Shown here: one piece after another, positions 1 to 8,490 of the stretch
How the letters are laid out: each line of letters begins with the position of its first letter
How positions within the stretch are numbered: the stretch's first letter is position 1
Source of the DNA: a virus
Reading direction: 5' to 3' (one strand)
Length of the DNA: 64,000 nt
Virus record (IMG/VR): IMGVR_UViG_3300008267_000004
Location: 96,001-160,000 of that record
Translations under genes and position numbers: made by a program
The notes under the pieces: model-generated
The model's input: only the letters and a program-made list of their open reading frames with translations
Database searches by the model: none
Told to the model about the DNA's origin: nothing

Positions 1-214
1 TATCTTTCCGAACTTTATCTGTTTCACCAGATCCTTGTTCTTCATCTGTTAATTCCCAATCACTAAAGATATGCTTTGGAGAACAAAATTCCTCATGTGT
101 CCAATCTAATTCAATATAGGTTATATACGATTCATTTACGCCAGTTATTACTATAACTTCATTTTTGTTTTGATTACAGTACAACCTTCCTTCCTTAAAA
201 TCCTGTTTCGGCAT
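1..214 (-). CDS. small SH3/KOW-like array protein (runs off left edge; not in ORF track)
   Basis: Manual translation from ATG at 214: MPKQDFKEGRLYCNQNKNEVIVITGVNESYITYIELDW..., open to the window edge. The next member (IKFGKI) already begins near position 28. Confidence 0.75.
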   Translation of the reverse strand, partial: MPKQDFKEGRLYCNQNKNEVIVITGVNESYITYIELDWTHEEFCSPKHIFSDWELTDEEQGSGETDKVRKD

Positions 215-401
215 TTAATTCATTCATCCCATCTTTAAATGCTGCTGTATTCCAAGTGCAGTGTTCATCTGGTTCATCTAGGTAAAAAAATTCGATTAAG
301 ACTTCATGCTTTACTCTTCTTTTGCCAGTTACAACAACAACATCATCTTCATGTAAATATGGCTTACAACGAGTATACAGTTTACCTATTTGTATTTTCA
401 T
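195..401 (-). CDS. small SH3/KOW-like array protein
   Basis: Motifs IQIGKLY, VVVV, FYLDEPD; coupled to neighbours. Confidence 0.8.
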   Translation of the reverse strand: MKIQIGKLYTRCKPYLHEDDVVVVTGKRRVKHEVLIEFFYLDEPDEHCTWNTAAFKDGMNELNAETGF

Positions 402-612
402 GTTGAATATCTTTCCAATACATCTTAGCTAACCCTAATGCTCCTTCAACTACAGGAAAATCAGGTCTGTTAATATGATGATACCAAACTGAATCGGAGA
501 TTTCTTCTATGTTATCAACAACGACAACATCATTTTTAATTGGCTCAATATACAAACGTCCCGGCTCAATCTTCTTGACCATTACAAATCTCGTAATATT
601 GTGTAAACTCAT
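382..612 (-). CDS. small SH3/KOW-like array protein
   Basis: IEPGRLY, DVVVV, YHHINRPD. Confidence 0.75.
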   Translation of the reverse strand: MSLHNITRFVMVKKIEPGRLYIEPIKNDVVVVDNIEEISDSVWYHHINRPDFPVVEGALGLAKMYWKDIQHENTNR

Positions 613-775
613 ATAGATTAAAAAATGCTTCGTAACCCAAATGGACTATATGACCCCATACTTTATATGCTGTGTACGTTGTTGGTTGTGTTGAGACAAT
701 TTCTAAAGGTATAAAATATACTCTTGTGCATTTTTCTACTTTTTTTGTTACATATACCTTTCCAAATTGTATCAT
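566..775 (-). CDS. small SH3/KOW-like array protein
   Basis: IQFGKVY motif. Confidence 0.7.
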   Translation of the reverse strand: MIQFGKVYVTKKVEKCTRVYFIPLEIVSTQPTTYTAYKVWGHIVHLGYEAFFNLYEFTQYYEICNGQED

Positions 776-1017
776 ATAAATTCCCTTATCTCTTCAACTA
801 TAAATGTATCAAAAAAAGTTCTCATGTTTCCAATACAATTACTTTCCCTATTGATGTAATGATAGTTTATCCATCCACCATTTGCGATAGATCCTATCTC
901 GTCAAACATAATATATCTTTCTTCTTCTCCGGCAAATGTATTTTCTGGCTTTTTAAACTTTAGTTTGTATATTCTTCCTAAACAGAGATTCATATTTGTC
1001 CCTCCACTAGTTTCCAT
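772..1017 (-). CDS. small SH3/KOW-like array protein
   Basis: LCLGRIY, YHYINRE. Confidence 0.72.
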   Translation of the reverse strand: METSGGTNMNLCLGRIYKLKFKKPENTFAGEEERYIMFDEIGSIANGGWINYHYINRESNCIGNMRTFFDTFIVEEIREFI

Positions 1018-1211
1018 TTCTGCATTTGAATGATTTCTGGTGTTATAAACATTATATGGTCTGGGGAGTTTAGATTGAAGCCGGAATAGAACTCTCCAAT
1101 TGCTTCTTTATTGGGAATTCCATCGGGATGATGATTACATATCAACACATATTGATTAGATATTTTATATATCCGCCCTAATTTAACCATCATAGACCTT
1201 GCATGTGCCAA
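990..1211 (-). CDS. small SH3/KOW-like array protein
   Basis: VKLGRIY, FNLNSPD. Confidence 0.72.
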   Translation of the reverse strand: MAHARSMMVKLGRIYKISNQYVLICNHHPDGIPNKEAIGEFYSGFNLNSPDHIMFITPEIIQMQKWKLVEGQI

Positions 1212-1411
1212 TCTTCTGTTATTTCAAAATATCTGCTTCTAAAGATTGAAATGTTACAATGAAAATTAGATTCAAGTTCTTCTAGAACTGCAAATTGAAC
1301 TTCCCCACGTGGATAGATTTTTTTTACTATCACAACTTGTGGCATTGTATCAATTTGTGCGTTTGGTTTCATTCTGTAAATCTTGCCAACTTTTACTGAA
1401 TCAGTTACCAT
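1190..1411 (-). CDS. small SH3/KOW-like array protein
   Basis: VKVGKIY, VVIV, FAVLEE. Confidence 0.75.
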   Translation of the reverse strand: MVTDSVKVGKIYRMKPNAQIDTMPQVVIVKKIYPRGEVQFAVLEELESNFHCNISIFRSRYFEITEDWHMQGL

Positions 1412-1637
1412 CTTCCACCTCCATTAATTCAAATGTATCAAGTAATGTTCTTCTGGAAATAGGAAACAATTTATCTGGCTTATCTAATTCCATGTACCGA
1501 TATTGAGTATAATCTGGTCCATTTATTGCGGTGGCAGCTGTTGCATCCTCCATAAGGATAATGTATGGAGGATACAGGATATCTAATAGATCTTGAACAT
1601 CTTTTCTTTTTTTATAGACTCTGCCAAGTTTAACCAT
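1401..1637 (-). CDS. small SH3/KOW-like array protein
   Basis: VKLGRVY, YMELDKPD. Confidence 0.75.
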   Translation of the reverse strand: MVKLGRVYKKRKDVQDLLDILYPPYIILMEDATAATAINGPDYTQYRYMELDKPDKLFPISRRTLLDTFELMEVEDGN

Positions 1638-1861
1638 TAAATGAATCCCATTACTTTTTTACAATTATCAAAAAATTCTTCTGGCATTGTTTGTTGAAAA
1701 TCGAGGTTTCTTACGTTTGCAACTTTATATCTTTTTGTTTTTACAACAAATTCTAATACAATTATGTATTCCTCAAATCCATTCATATACCAGACAGATC
1801 CTGGTTTAACCTTCATGCTCAACCCAATTTTTGTTAATAAACGCACCTTCCAGTTCATCAT
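1637..1861 (-). CDS. small SH3/KOW-like array protein
   Basis: VKPGSVW, YIIVL; true start probably at MKVKPG. Confidence 0.68.
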   Translation of the reverse strand: MMNWKVRLLTKIGLSMKVKPGSVWYMNGFEEYIIVLEFVVKTKRYKVANVRNLDFQQTMPEEFFDNCKKVMGFI

Positions 1862-2000
1862 TGTTATCAGTCATTCGGAAAAAACTAGCTTGTGTCCATC
1901 CTTCTTTATATAAATGAACCCTAGAAATAAACACAATTGAATTGTTTTTTAGACACTTATAAACTTTACCGGCTTTAAATTTGATCATTGTCATATTCAA
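1806..2000 (-). CDS. small SH3/KOW-like array protein
   Basis: FKAGKVY, IVFI, C-terminal W. Confidence 0.72.
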   Translation of the reverse strand: MNMTMIKFKAGKVYKCLKNNSIVFISRVHLYKEGWTQASFFRMTDNNDELEGAFINKNWVEHEG

Positions 2001-2172
2001 TCCAAACGTTTTTAATTAACGAATAAGGAACCCATCTATGAATTGTTGGGTCTTTTAAAAGAACATATTCTAGATGGCCGTTTTTTTCATCTGTCACACA
2101 AACAGTTTCTTCTCTTCCAAAGAAGATATGATAATAAAATCCTCCTACCTTTATTTTTTTATCATCTGCCAT
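1975..2172 (-). CDS. small SH3/KOW-like array protein
   Basis: IKVGGFY, YVLLKDP. Confidence 0.75.
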   Translation of the reverse strand: MADDKKIKVGGFYYHIFFGREETVCVTDEKNGHLEYVLLKDPTIHRWVPYSLIKNVWIEYDNDQI

Positions 2173-2372
2173 CTATCCACCTGATCATTTTCATATGCTA
2201 CATGAATATTATCTGGTTCATCAAGCATATGATATTCAATTAAAGTATTTTCCTGTAGACGGCTTCTTTTTACATCGGTGATAACCATAATTGGTTGTTC
2301 GTCTGGATCTTCTTCCATATATCTTGAGAATTTAGTTCTTTTACGGTAAAGTTTTCCTACTTGGAATTCCAT
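2151..2372 (-). CDS. small SH3/KOW-like array protein
   Basis: FQVGKLY, MVITDV, YHMLDEPD. Confidence 0.8.
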   Translation of the reverse strand: MEFQVGKLYRKRTKFSRYMEEDPDEQPIMVITDVKRSRLQENTLIEYHMLDEPDNIHVAYENDQVDRWQMIKK

Positions 2373-2611
2373 TTAAACATCCTCATGTTTTCTTTTATCA
2401 ATACCCATTCACGTTCAGCGGTATCTTTCCATAAGAACCTCTCATTATTTGGTTCATCTAGATAATGATAGATATATCCATTCACAATATCATTTGGACC
2501 AAATTTTTCTGTTGAGAACTTTGTAACACAGATAATCTTCTTATCCCAATCTGCTGTATCGGGCCACAAGTATAATTTGCCTATTTTTATTGTTGTCACG
2601 CTAATTCCCAA
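2357..2611 (-). CDS. small SH3/KOW-like array protein
   Basis: IKIGKLY, ICVTK, YHYLDEPN. Confidence 0.8.
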   Translation of the reverse strand: MGISVTTIKIGKLYLWPDTADWDKKIICVTKFSTEKFGPNDIVNGYIYHYLDEPNNERFLWKDTAEREWVLIKENMRMFKWNSK

Positions 2612-2853
2612 TCGCTTTCATCTAGAAGAGAACTGTGTATATATTCTGCATCATTTAGAAAATAGTAATTATAGTATTCATACATTTCGTTATCAATTGA
2701 GTGACCAGCTATAACAATATAAGATGTATGATCTACCCCCGTTTGACGAAAGGTTCTTTTATAAACTTTTCCAATTTCTAATTTAAATTGTCTCATTACA
2801 CACTTCCCAACCACGACGAATAAATTTGTCGAATACAACGTGCTTTGTTTCAA
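2596..2853 (-). CDS. small SH3/KOW-like array protein
   Basis: LEIGKVY, YIVI, YYFLND; true start probably at MRQFK. Confidence 0.75.
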   Translation of the reverse strand: MKQSTLYSTNLFVVVGKCVMRQFKLEIGKVYKRTFRQTGVDHTSYIVIAGHSIDNEMYEYYNYYFLNDAEYIHSSLLDESDWELA

Positions 2854-3022
2854 GATTGTCTAAATAGCTGTATATTACGGTATAATAGATGTTATTAGGA
2901 TGATATGTGGATCCTATCATATGTTTAATAACCTCTTGAATAAGTATATAAGTGTTTTTGTGAGTTTTGGACCTGTATATTTTACCGACTTCGATAGTGT
3001 GTTTTTTCATAGCTTGGCCCAA
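2783..3022 (-). CDS. small SH3/KOW-like array protein
   Basis: IEVGKIY, YILI, YSYLDN. Confidence 0.78.
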   Translation of the reverse strand: MGQAMKKHTIEVGKIYRSKTHKNTYILIQEVIKHMIGSTYHPNNIYYTVIYSYLDNLETKHVVFDKFIRRGWEVCNETI

Positions 3023-3207
3023 TTACTCATAACGTGTACATTAAGCTCTACATCTGGATCTTGTATATCGTAGGCAGATGCAAAACGCTCACCTGCCCAC
3101 ATATCTACATAATCTATACAAACAACCATCCCTGTATGTTTATTTACATACAATCTACCAACCTCGAAAAAATCAACATTCGCCATACCAATCCTCAAAA
3201 TTTTCAA
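3007..3207 (-). CDS. small SH3/KOW-like array protein
   Basis: FEVGRLY, VVCI, YDIQDPD. Confidence 0.75.
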   Translation of the reverse strand: MKILRIGMANVDFFEVGRLYVNKHTGMVVCIDYVDMWAGERFASAYDIQDPDVELNVHVMSNWAKL

Positions 3208-3358
3208 TCGGCGTTTGTTCGATTAAATCAGGTTCATGCATACATTGATATTCTACATATACATCGCCTTCACTCTTAAAGATTTTTAAGATTACAACAC
3301 ACTCTTCTGGAAAGACGTAGTTTTGATATGCTTTACCAATTTTGAATACTTGATTCAT
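3173..3358 (-). CDS. small SH3/KOW-like array protein
   Basis: FKIGKAY, VVIL, YQCMHEPD. Confidence 0.78.
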   Translation of the reverse strand: MNQVFKIGKAYQNYVFPEECVVILKIFKSEGDVYVEYQCMHEPDLIEQTPIENFEDWYGEC

Positions 3359-3644
3359 TTACTCTCAACCAATCTTCATAACAGTGTCTGTAATTTACTG
3401 CTGTATTCCAGCTAAACTTACTAAAGTTATTACCTCCATGAGTATACCACTCAATTCGATAAACATCTCCTCTTTCCAGTTTTTCTATTATTTGTCCAAG
3501 ACAGTCTTGATATGGTGTCATTACAAAATCACCAATATTAACTTCTCTAGCTTTTTCCCAACTAGGTTTCTTCCCAATTTCTGTAGGCATCCTGATTCCA
3601 AGCACCATGGTTAAAATTTGGTTCATCAATATACCAAAAAACAA
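3333..3644 (-). CDS. small SH3/KOW-like array protein
   Basis: VNIGDFV, LGQI, YRIEW; true start probably at MPTEI. Confidence 0.72.
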   Translation of the reverse strand: MFFGILMNQILTMVLGIRMPTEIGKKPSWEKAREVNIGDFVMTPYQDCLGQIIEKLERGDVYRIEWYTHGGNNFSKFSWNTAVNYRHCYEDWLRVNESSIQNW

Positions 3645-3822
3645 TCTGTCTTAGTTGATTTGGCATTTGATCTAAAATTGATTCTACAACTAGATATCTT
3701 CCTGTTTCTCTATCTTTATACATCTTACCGGGAATTATTTCCCTTTCTAGTTGCTCAACACCATTATTTTTTTCTTTAACCAATTCCATCAATCTCTTAA
3801 GGCTTCCCGGTTGCATCTTCAT
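3562..3822 (-). CDS. small SH3/KOW-like array protein
   Basis: IIPGKMY, YLVV, FWYIDEPN. Confidence 0.78.
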   Translation of the reverse strand: MKMQPGSLKRLMELVKEKNNGVEQLEREIIPGKMYKDRETGRYLVVESILDQMPNQLRQIVFWYIDEPNFNHGAWNQDAYRNWEET

Positions 3823-4012
3823 TTATTCTCACCCAAAATCCTGTCTCATTTAAGAAAAAAGTAAACAACTCTTCGTCTGGTTCTTCAAGATAAATAAACT
3901 GAAATCCTTTATCATCTACTTTGGTAATGCATATAACAGATTCAGACCCATAACTTCCTCTGTATAGGCAACCTACTTTGTAGTAATTTGTTGGATTTCT
4001 TTTAATCATCAA
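3797..4012 (-). CDS. small SH3/KOW-like array protein
   Basis: YKVGCLY, VICITKV, FIYLEEPD. Confidence 0.8.
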   Translation of the reverse strand: MMIKRNPTNYYKVGCLYRGSYGSESVICITKVDDKGFQFIYLEEPDEELFTFFLNETGFWVRINEDATGKP

Positions 4013-4205
4013 AATTTTCTAGTTCATCTATTTTATCTATCAAAACGTCTAAATATTCTTTAAATGGAAAACTTGGAGCGTGTAATCTAAATACTCTACA
4101 GATCGCGTCTTCGGTATTAGGATTTATAATATCCGTTATTACCAAAAAAGATTTTTCATATAACTTATCTTTTTCTCTGTATATTTTTCCCGGCTGTATT
4201 ATCAT
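4002..4205 (-). CDS. small SH3/KOW-like array protein
   Basis: IQPGKIY, LVITDI, FRLHAP. Confidence 0.75.
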   Translation of the reverse strand: MIIQPGKIYREKDKLYEKSFLVITDIINPNTEDAICRVFRLHAPSFPFKEYLDVLIDKIDELENFDD

Positions 4206-4434
4206 TCCATGTCTCTTTAAAATCTTGTAAAAAAGATTTAACTGTTTTACCCATCGGATGTTTTTCTAAGTCAGAAACATAGTGAAATATTACCATATCC
4301 GACTTTTTTTCGGTTACAATAACATATTCTGGAACTGGTTCCATAGTGACAGGATCAATATATGATTTCCATTTTGTTGCATATATTTTACCCAGCTTTA
4401 TTTCTGCTGGCTCTCTTTTTTGACTCTGATCCAT
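4165..4434 (-). CDS. small SH3/KOW-like array protein
   Basis: IKLGKIY, YVIVTE, FHYVSD. Confidence 0.75.
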   Translation of the reverse strand: MDQSQKREPAEIKLGKIYATKWKSYIDPVTMEPVPEYVIVTEKKSDMVIFHYVSDLEKHPMGKTVKSFLQDFKETWNDNTAGKNIQRKR

Positions 4435-4601
4435 TCATCAATCACCTTTGAATTTTTATATGGTCCATGGACAATATATTTATTTTCTTTATTCATTTCT
4501 TCAGGTAGTTCTAAGGATGATTGTACACCTTTAGTCTCCTTATTTACATAAATATACCATCTCTCTGGGTCTTTCTCTTTATTGGCTTTTACTTTCATCA
4601 T
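4398..4601 (-). CDS. hypothetical protein
   Basis: Coupled minus-strand ORF within the array; lacks the family motif. Confidence 0.6.
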   Translation of the reverse strand: MMKVKANKEKDPERWYIYVNKETKGVQSSLELPEEMNKENKYIVHGPYKNSKVIDEWIRVKKESQQK

Positions 4602-4602
4602 T

Positions 4603-4794
4603 TCAATCCTTTACTTCAGTAAAGCAATTCAAAAATAACATTTTAGAAAACCAAGATTCTTTATCGTAAGTCATATATCTAATTTTATACATCATAACTT
4701 CATATGCGAATCCTTGCGGTAATCTTTTACCTTGCGAGATCACTACGACATGATTTTCGTTTTTATCCTTGAATACTTTTCCAATAACGCTCAT
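4603..4794 (-). CDS. small SH3/KOW-like array protein
   Basis: SVIGKVF, HVVVI. Confidence 0.7.
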   Translation of the reverse strand: MSVIGKVFKDKNENHVVVISQGKRLPQGFAYEVMMYKIRYMTYDKESWFSKMLFLNCFTEVKD

Positions 4795-5002
4795 TTACTT
4801 CCCTTGTTTTACCTAGAAAACTATCATAAAGATCATACCTAATTTCATCTGACTTAAGATTATGTAGCTGAACCCACTTTAGGTTGCCATCCATATATGT
4901 TTTAAGAACACAATATACATCCAGCATACTCATCTTTTGATAATAAAAATGTCCGACCTTAAGTGATCTTTTAGCCATTACCATTCTCCATACCACTCGC
5001 AA
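4763..5002 (-). CDS. small SH3/KOW-like array protein
   Basis: LKVGHFY, VYCVL; start probably at ATG 4978, in a TAATG overlap with the upstream member. Confidence 0.72.
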   Translation of the reverse strand: MRVVWRMVMAKRSLKVGHFYYQKMSMLDVYCVLKTYMDGNLKWVQLHNLKSDEIRYDLYDSFLGKTREVNERYWKSIQG

Positions 5003-5197
5003 AAAACTGAGACAGAATCTGTAATCATATGTTCTGGATCATCTATAGCATAGTATTCAATTATCATGCCTTTATATGCTTCAAAGATATCACTCACAAC
5101 CACAGGAATTGCCTCATCCCCGTCAACAATTATTCGATACATCCTACCGATAAGTGGTTCTTTTTTTTTTGTCTTTGAGACTATAATACTCCATCAT
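4978..5197 (-). pseudogene. array member frameshifted in an A10 homopolymer
   Basis: The T10 run at 5161-5170 (+ strand) gives a stop five codons later. With A9 the frame reads MMEYYSLKDKKKEPLIGRMYRIIVDGDEAIPVVVSDI...IEYYAIDDPE...W and ends in a TAATG overlap with the next gene. Confidence 0.75.
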
Positions 5198-5253
5198 ATT
5201 CTATCTTTTAACCGGCTTAATTGGAGAAATTGGTGTGACCGGAGCAACTGGAA

Positions 5254-5466
5254 TTATACCCATGATCCATCCTTTTTCGTAAATATATTTCTAAAATCAC
5301 TTACAGTTCTACAAAATGTTGGATAGAATGTCCCAACATCTGCAAGATTTGAAATATATTCTGCAAATACGGTAGATCCTTTTATATCGAGGATAACAAC
5401 ATATTTGTCATCTCCAATGTCTGGATCGTATCTAAACCAAAGTTCACCTATAGATGGAAAACTCAT
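5254..5466 (-). CDS. small SH3/KOW-like array protein
   Basis: PSIGELW, YVVILDI. Confidence 0.72.
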   Translation of the reverse strand: MSFPSIGELWFRYDPDIGDDKYVVILDIKGSTVFAEYISNLADVGTFYPTFCRTVSDFRNIFTKKDGSWV

Positions 5467-5689
5467 TAATCTTATCCTCTATTCCTCTTTTGGTAATTTC
5501 TTCAAAGCTCTTAGTAACTTTGTATTTATCATACGAGTTTGGACGCATTTGATGCAATCCAATATATGTATTATGATAAATTAATAATTCTTCATCAGAA
5601 AATAATTCTACTTCTTTATCAATAGCTGTAATCATTTCTTTAGTTAGTGACATCATATCCTTTCTCCATTTTTTGAAAAGTATATCCAA
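5444..5689 (-). CDS. hypothetical helical protein
   Basis: Coupled minus-strand ORF; no family motif. Confidence 0.6.
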   Translation of the reverse strand: MDILFKKWRKDMMSLTKEMITAIDKEVELFSDEELLIYHNTYIGLHQMRPNSYDKYKVTKSFEEITKRGIEDKINEFSIYR

Positions 5690-5861
5690 ACATTACATCA
5701 GGTTCGTTTGTTAGCGGGAACCAATCACACATATCAAGATTTTTTTCAATCCAATAAACTTTATATCTATTTATATCGGATCTATAATCGGTAACAACAA
5801 AATGATTTGTATCTCCAATCATATGAGTTTGTTTTATTACATCACCAATTTTAAACTTCAT
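5640..5861 (-). CDS. small SH3/KOW-like array protein (subfamily B)
   Basis: FKIGDVI, FVVTD, YKVYW. Confidence 0.75.
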   Translation of the reverse strand: MKFKIGDVIKQTHMIGDTNHFVVTDYRSDINRYKVYWIEKNLDMCDWFPLTNEPDVMFGYTFQKMEKGYDVTN

Positions 5862-6123
5862 CGGTTTTCTCTTCTTCCTCTTCCCTTAGAGAAATATTTT
5901 CATTTGCTACAATCCAAAAATTTCCATCTAATCTAACATGAGTATGTTCTTGATCATATGCAGTAGATTCAGTAAAAACTTCATTTACTGCATATCCTTT
6001 ACTTTCTTTCTCCATCACCTTACCAATAGCGTGTAGTTCTTTTTCATTTTTACCTTTGTAATAAATTGTAAATATTGGAGAACCTACTTTTACATATATT
6101 GGCTGTTCATGGTTGAAATACAT
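5851..6123 (-). CDS. small SH3/KOW-like array protein
   Basis: VKVGSPI, IGKV. Confidence 0.65.
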   Translation of the reverse strand: MYFNHEQPIYVKVGSPIFTIYYKGKNEKELHAIGKVMEKESKGYAVNEVFTESTAYDQEHTHVRLDGNFWIVANENISLREEEEEKTDEV

Positions 6124-6376
6124 TTGGAACCTTTCTGTACGTAAAAGGATAATCTGATTCTGGAGTGTCTTTTAGGAGCATATCGTTATACTCAATTCCG
6201 GTATTCAAGCAATACACATCATATAAATATTGTGATTCTATGTTTAGCTTAACTTTAAGTACTGTTATCATCACAGAAGTTTGATCTTCGATACAGAACT
6301 CTTCAACCATATCGCCAACATTGAATTTAGGATTGTCGAACAAAGTATTTCCAGAATGATTCAGCATATAGTTCAC
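6107..6376 (-). CDS. small SH3/KOW-like array protein
   Basis: FNVGDMV, ITVLKV, YDVY. Confidence 0.72.
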   Translation of the reverse strand: MNYMLNHSGNTLFDNPKFNVGDMVEEFCIEDQTSVMITVLKVKLNIESQYLYDVYCLNTGIEYNDMLLKDTPESDYPFTYRKVPNVFQP

Positions 6377-6584
6377 ACTCTTTTCCAGTTGCTATGTCAA
6401 TGTATTTGACTGTATGAACACATTTTTTAACTGGCTTAATCCTTGTTGTCCATTCTACTTTTTCAATATCTGTCACAGCAACTGAATTGCTATATATCTT
6501 ACCAATTTCAATTATTGCTTCATCATATTCATACTTAGAAAGTTTTGTTATCTTTCTTGCTGGAAAACCGCTTCCGTCACTCAT
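6327..6584 (-). CDS. small SH3/KOW-like array protein
   Basis: IEIGKIY, VAVTDI, YIDI. Confidence 0.72.
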   Translation of the reverse strand: MSDGSGFPARKITKLSKYEYDEAIIEIGKIYSNSVAVTDIEKVEWTTRIKPVKKCVHTVKYIDIATGKECELYAESFWKYFVRQS

Positions 6585-6903
6585 CTACCCTCCGAAGATA
6601 TTTAAGAGGGATAACAAACTCTCCAGTATATTTATCATCCATGATCGTACATGAAATGAGTGGAAAGCCGTTACGTTGATAGAAGATGCTATTGATTGCT
6701 ACTATAGAATCTTGAAACACATAGTAATTTGTTCTAGCCAAATCTCCGACTTTCCACTCATTTGTCATAGCATCTATCGCTTTCTGTTTAGACGACGTGC
6801 TCGACGTTTCTTGCTTCCTAACTTCCTGCGTCCTTTTCGTGGACGGTTCTTGTGTGGATGTGCCATGTGTATCGCCTCCCTTCTTAATTGTAAATATTGC
6901 CAT
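6577..6903 (-). CDS. small SH3/KOW-like array protein with basic N-terminal extension
   Basis: WKVGDLA; C-terminal IPLKYLRRV. Confidence 0.68.
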   Translation of the reverse strand: MAIFTIKKGGDTHGTSTQEPSTKRTQEVRKQETSSTSSKQKAIDAMTNEWKVGDLARTNYYVFQDSIVAINSIFYQRNGFPLISCTIMDDKYTGEFVIPLKYLRRVDE

Positions 6904-7150
6904 TAAACAACCTCACGTATTCAGAGATTTCAGAATCTTTGAAACCTGCACTTGTGAGTTGGTTATACTTTTCTTCTGTGATCAAAAATTGCGGTTTGAC
7001 ATAACCTGTCAGTCCGTCACTCCATTCAATATAAGGAATTGAAGTGCCTAATCTAAAATTTTGAATAGTACCCGAAACATTTCCCTTATCACCATACTTA
7101 GTGGCTTCGGGGCATACGACGCTGGTTCCTACCTTATAGATGCTCGACAT
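6884..7150 (-). CDS. small SH3/KOW-like array protein (subfamily B)
   Basis: YKVGTSV, GTI, YIEWSDG; directly downstream of the promoter at 7181-7209. Confidence 0.78.
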   Translation of the reverse strand: MSSIYKVGTSVVCPEATKYGDKGNVSGTIQNFRLGTSIPYIEWSDGLTGYVKPQFLITEEKYNQLTSAGFKDSEISEYVRLFNGNIYN

Positions 7151-7180
7151 ATGTTATTTCCTCGCTGAAAAGACACCGCC

Positions 7181-7209
7181 AGTATATCACGGGCCGGTTT
7201 AGAAGTCAA
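7181..7209 (-). promoter_or_regulatory. sigma70-like promoter
   Basis: TTGACT-17 nt-TATACT with TG extended -10. Confidence 0.8.
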
Positions 7210-7492
7210 GAACTTTTTTACCGTCAGGATTTATTAGAAACTGTAAATAATTATCTCTGAATCTATTAACATCATAAATATCATGTGGGACAATAGATTC
7301 CTTCCCTCCCTCCCACCATAACACTTCTGCATATATCCCATCTGATTGGAAATTTTGAACACATCCCATAATGTATTCACCACCATCAGAAAAAAATTGT
7401 TCAGATAGTTTGGTAACACCAGCAACCCGGTACAGCACCAGATCCCCTACTTTGTATTTTATTTTTCTCTGAGTTTTCTGTTTATGTCGCAT
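7199..7492 (-). CDS. small SH3/KOW-like array protein (subfamily B)
   Basis: YKVGDLV, MGCV, EVLWWEG. Confidence 0.75.
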   Translation of the reverse strand: MRHKQKTQRKIKYKVGDLVLYRVAGVTKLSEQFFSDGGEYIMGCVQNFQSDGIYAEVLWWEGGKESIVPHDIYDVNRFRDNYLQFLINPDGKKVLDF

Positions 7493-7505
7493 ACCAGCCG
7501 CCGCA

Positions 7506-7781
7506 TTATCCGCTTGCTTCTAGTTCTTTTTGACACACCTCGCTAAATTCAAGATACTTCTCTCGATACTCAAGAACATCTTTTTCAGCGAAGGCTTCAT
7601 CATCACCTTCATTATCTGACCATACAAGACGATAATAATATCCACTAGTATCAAAGTTGGTAGGAATTAAAACTTCAGTAATTTCACCAATTGCATATTG
7701 TCCTTCTACTATATTTTGCTTATCATCAAAGTAATCATCTAATACAATTTCACCAACTTTGAATTTTGGTTGTGGTCTCAT
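7506..7781 (-). CDS. small SH3/KOW-like array protein (subfamily B)
   Basis: FKVGEIV, IGEITEV, YRLVWSD. Confidence 0.78.
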   Translation of the reverse strand: MRPQPKFKVGEIVLDDYFDDKQNIVEGQYAIGEITEVLIPTNFDTSGYYYRLVWSDNEGDDEAFAEKDVLEYREKYLEFSEVCQKELEASG

Positions 7782-7789
7782 ATTAAATC

Positions 7790-8188
7790 CTAAAACTTGT
7801 AAGTCCCAATCATGGTTTCATCAACACTATAAACAACCTTAGAAATTCCTCGTTCCTCAAGCAAAGCATGGCACATATTGCAGGGTTTGCTCATACGCAT
7901 CGAACCATCCTTCTTAGACGCACGAACAACATACATCGTTGCACCCTTTGTTACGCTACGATCAAGGCCAAGTATGGCTGAAATCTCAGCGTGATAAGTG
8001 CTGTGTCCCTTATCACTATGCCTAAACTTAGCACCAACACTAGAATACTTCTCGTTATTAACACCCAAGCCGAGGATTGCCGAACCCTTTTCAAGAACTG
8101 CACCATGCCGAAAATTACCGTATTCGCTACTAACAGCGAGTTTTTGTGCCAACTTGGAGTAACCTCCGAATCTTCTTAGATGCATCAC
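7790..8188 (-). CDS. zinc-dependent cytidine/adenosine deaminase-superfamily protein
   Basis: HAE and PCNMC zinc motifs; RHGAV and SKVVY segments typical of the CDA fold. Confidence 0.9.
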   Translation of the reverse strand: MMHLRRFGGYSKLAQKLAVSSEYGNFRHGAVLEKGSAILGLGVNNEKYSSVGAKFRHSDKGHSTYHAEISAILGLDRSVTKGATMYVVRASKKDGSMRMSKPCNMCHALLEERGISKVVYSVDETMIGTYKF

Positions 8189-8490
8189 TCAGGCTGAATA
8201 TCGTTTCCATCGAGATCCTCCGGCTTAAAATGAAGCCCCATAGCTTCGTTAATACACTTCATCATGAACTTACCAGAACGAACAAATGCCTCTTTTTCAT
8301 ATCCTGGCATTGATTCGTCTGACCACTCAATTGCATATAATTTTGTAGATTCATCATAACCAACAACAGTTCCTACAATTGGTGATTCATGTTCTTGTGA
8401 CGGTTTTGCGTAGATCATATCACCATTCTTAATTTCTACTTTAGTCTCTGGCTTCTTCTTCATTTTCGTATCCCTCAAGTGTTTCCACAA
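8185..8490 (-). CDS. small SH3/KOW-like array protein (subfamily B)
   Basis: IKNGDMI, VGTV, YAIEWSD. Confidence 0.75.
   Translation of the reverse strand: MWKHLRDTKMKKKPETKVEIKNGDMIYAKPSQEHESPIVGTVVGYDESTKLYAIEWSDESMPGYEKEAFVRSGKFMMKCINEAMGLHFKPEDLDGNDIQPE

Noticed and set aside
5200-5263. 22-aa Pro-rich mini-ORF MGIIPVAPVTPISPIKPVKDRI
   Set aside because: It is plausibly real because it is coupled at both ends, but it is too short to support from sequence alone.
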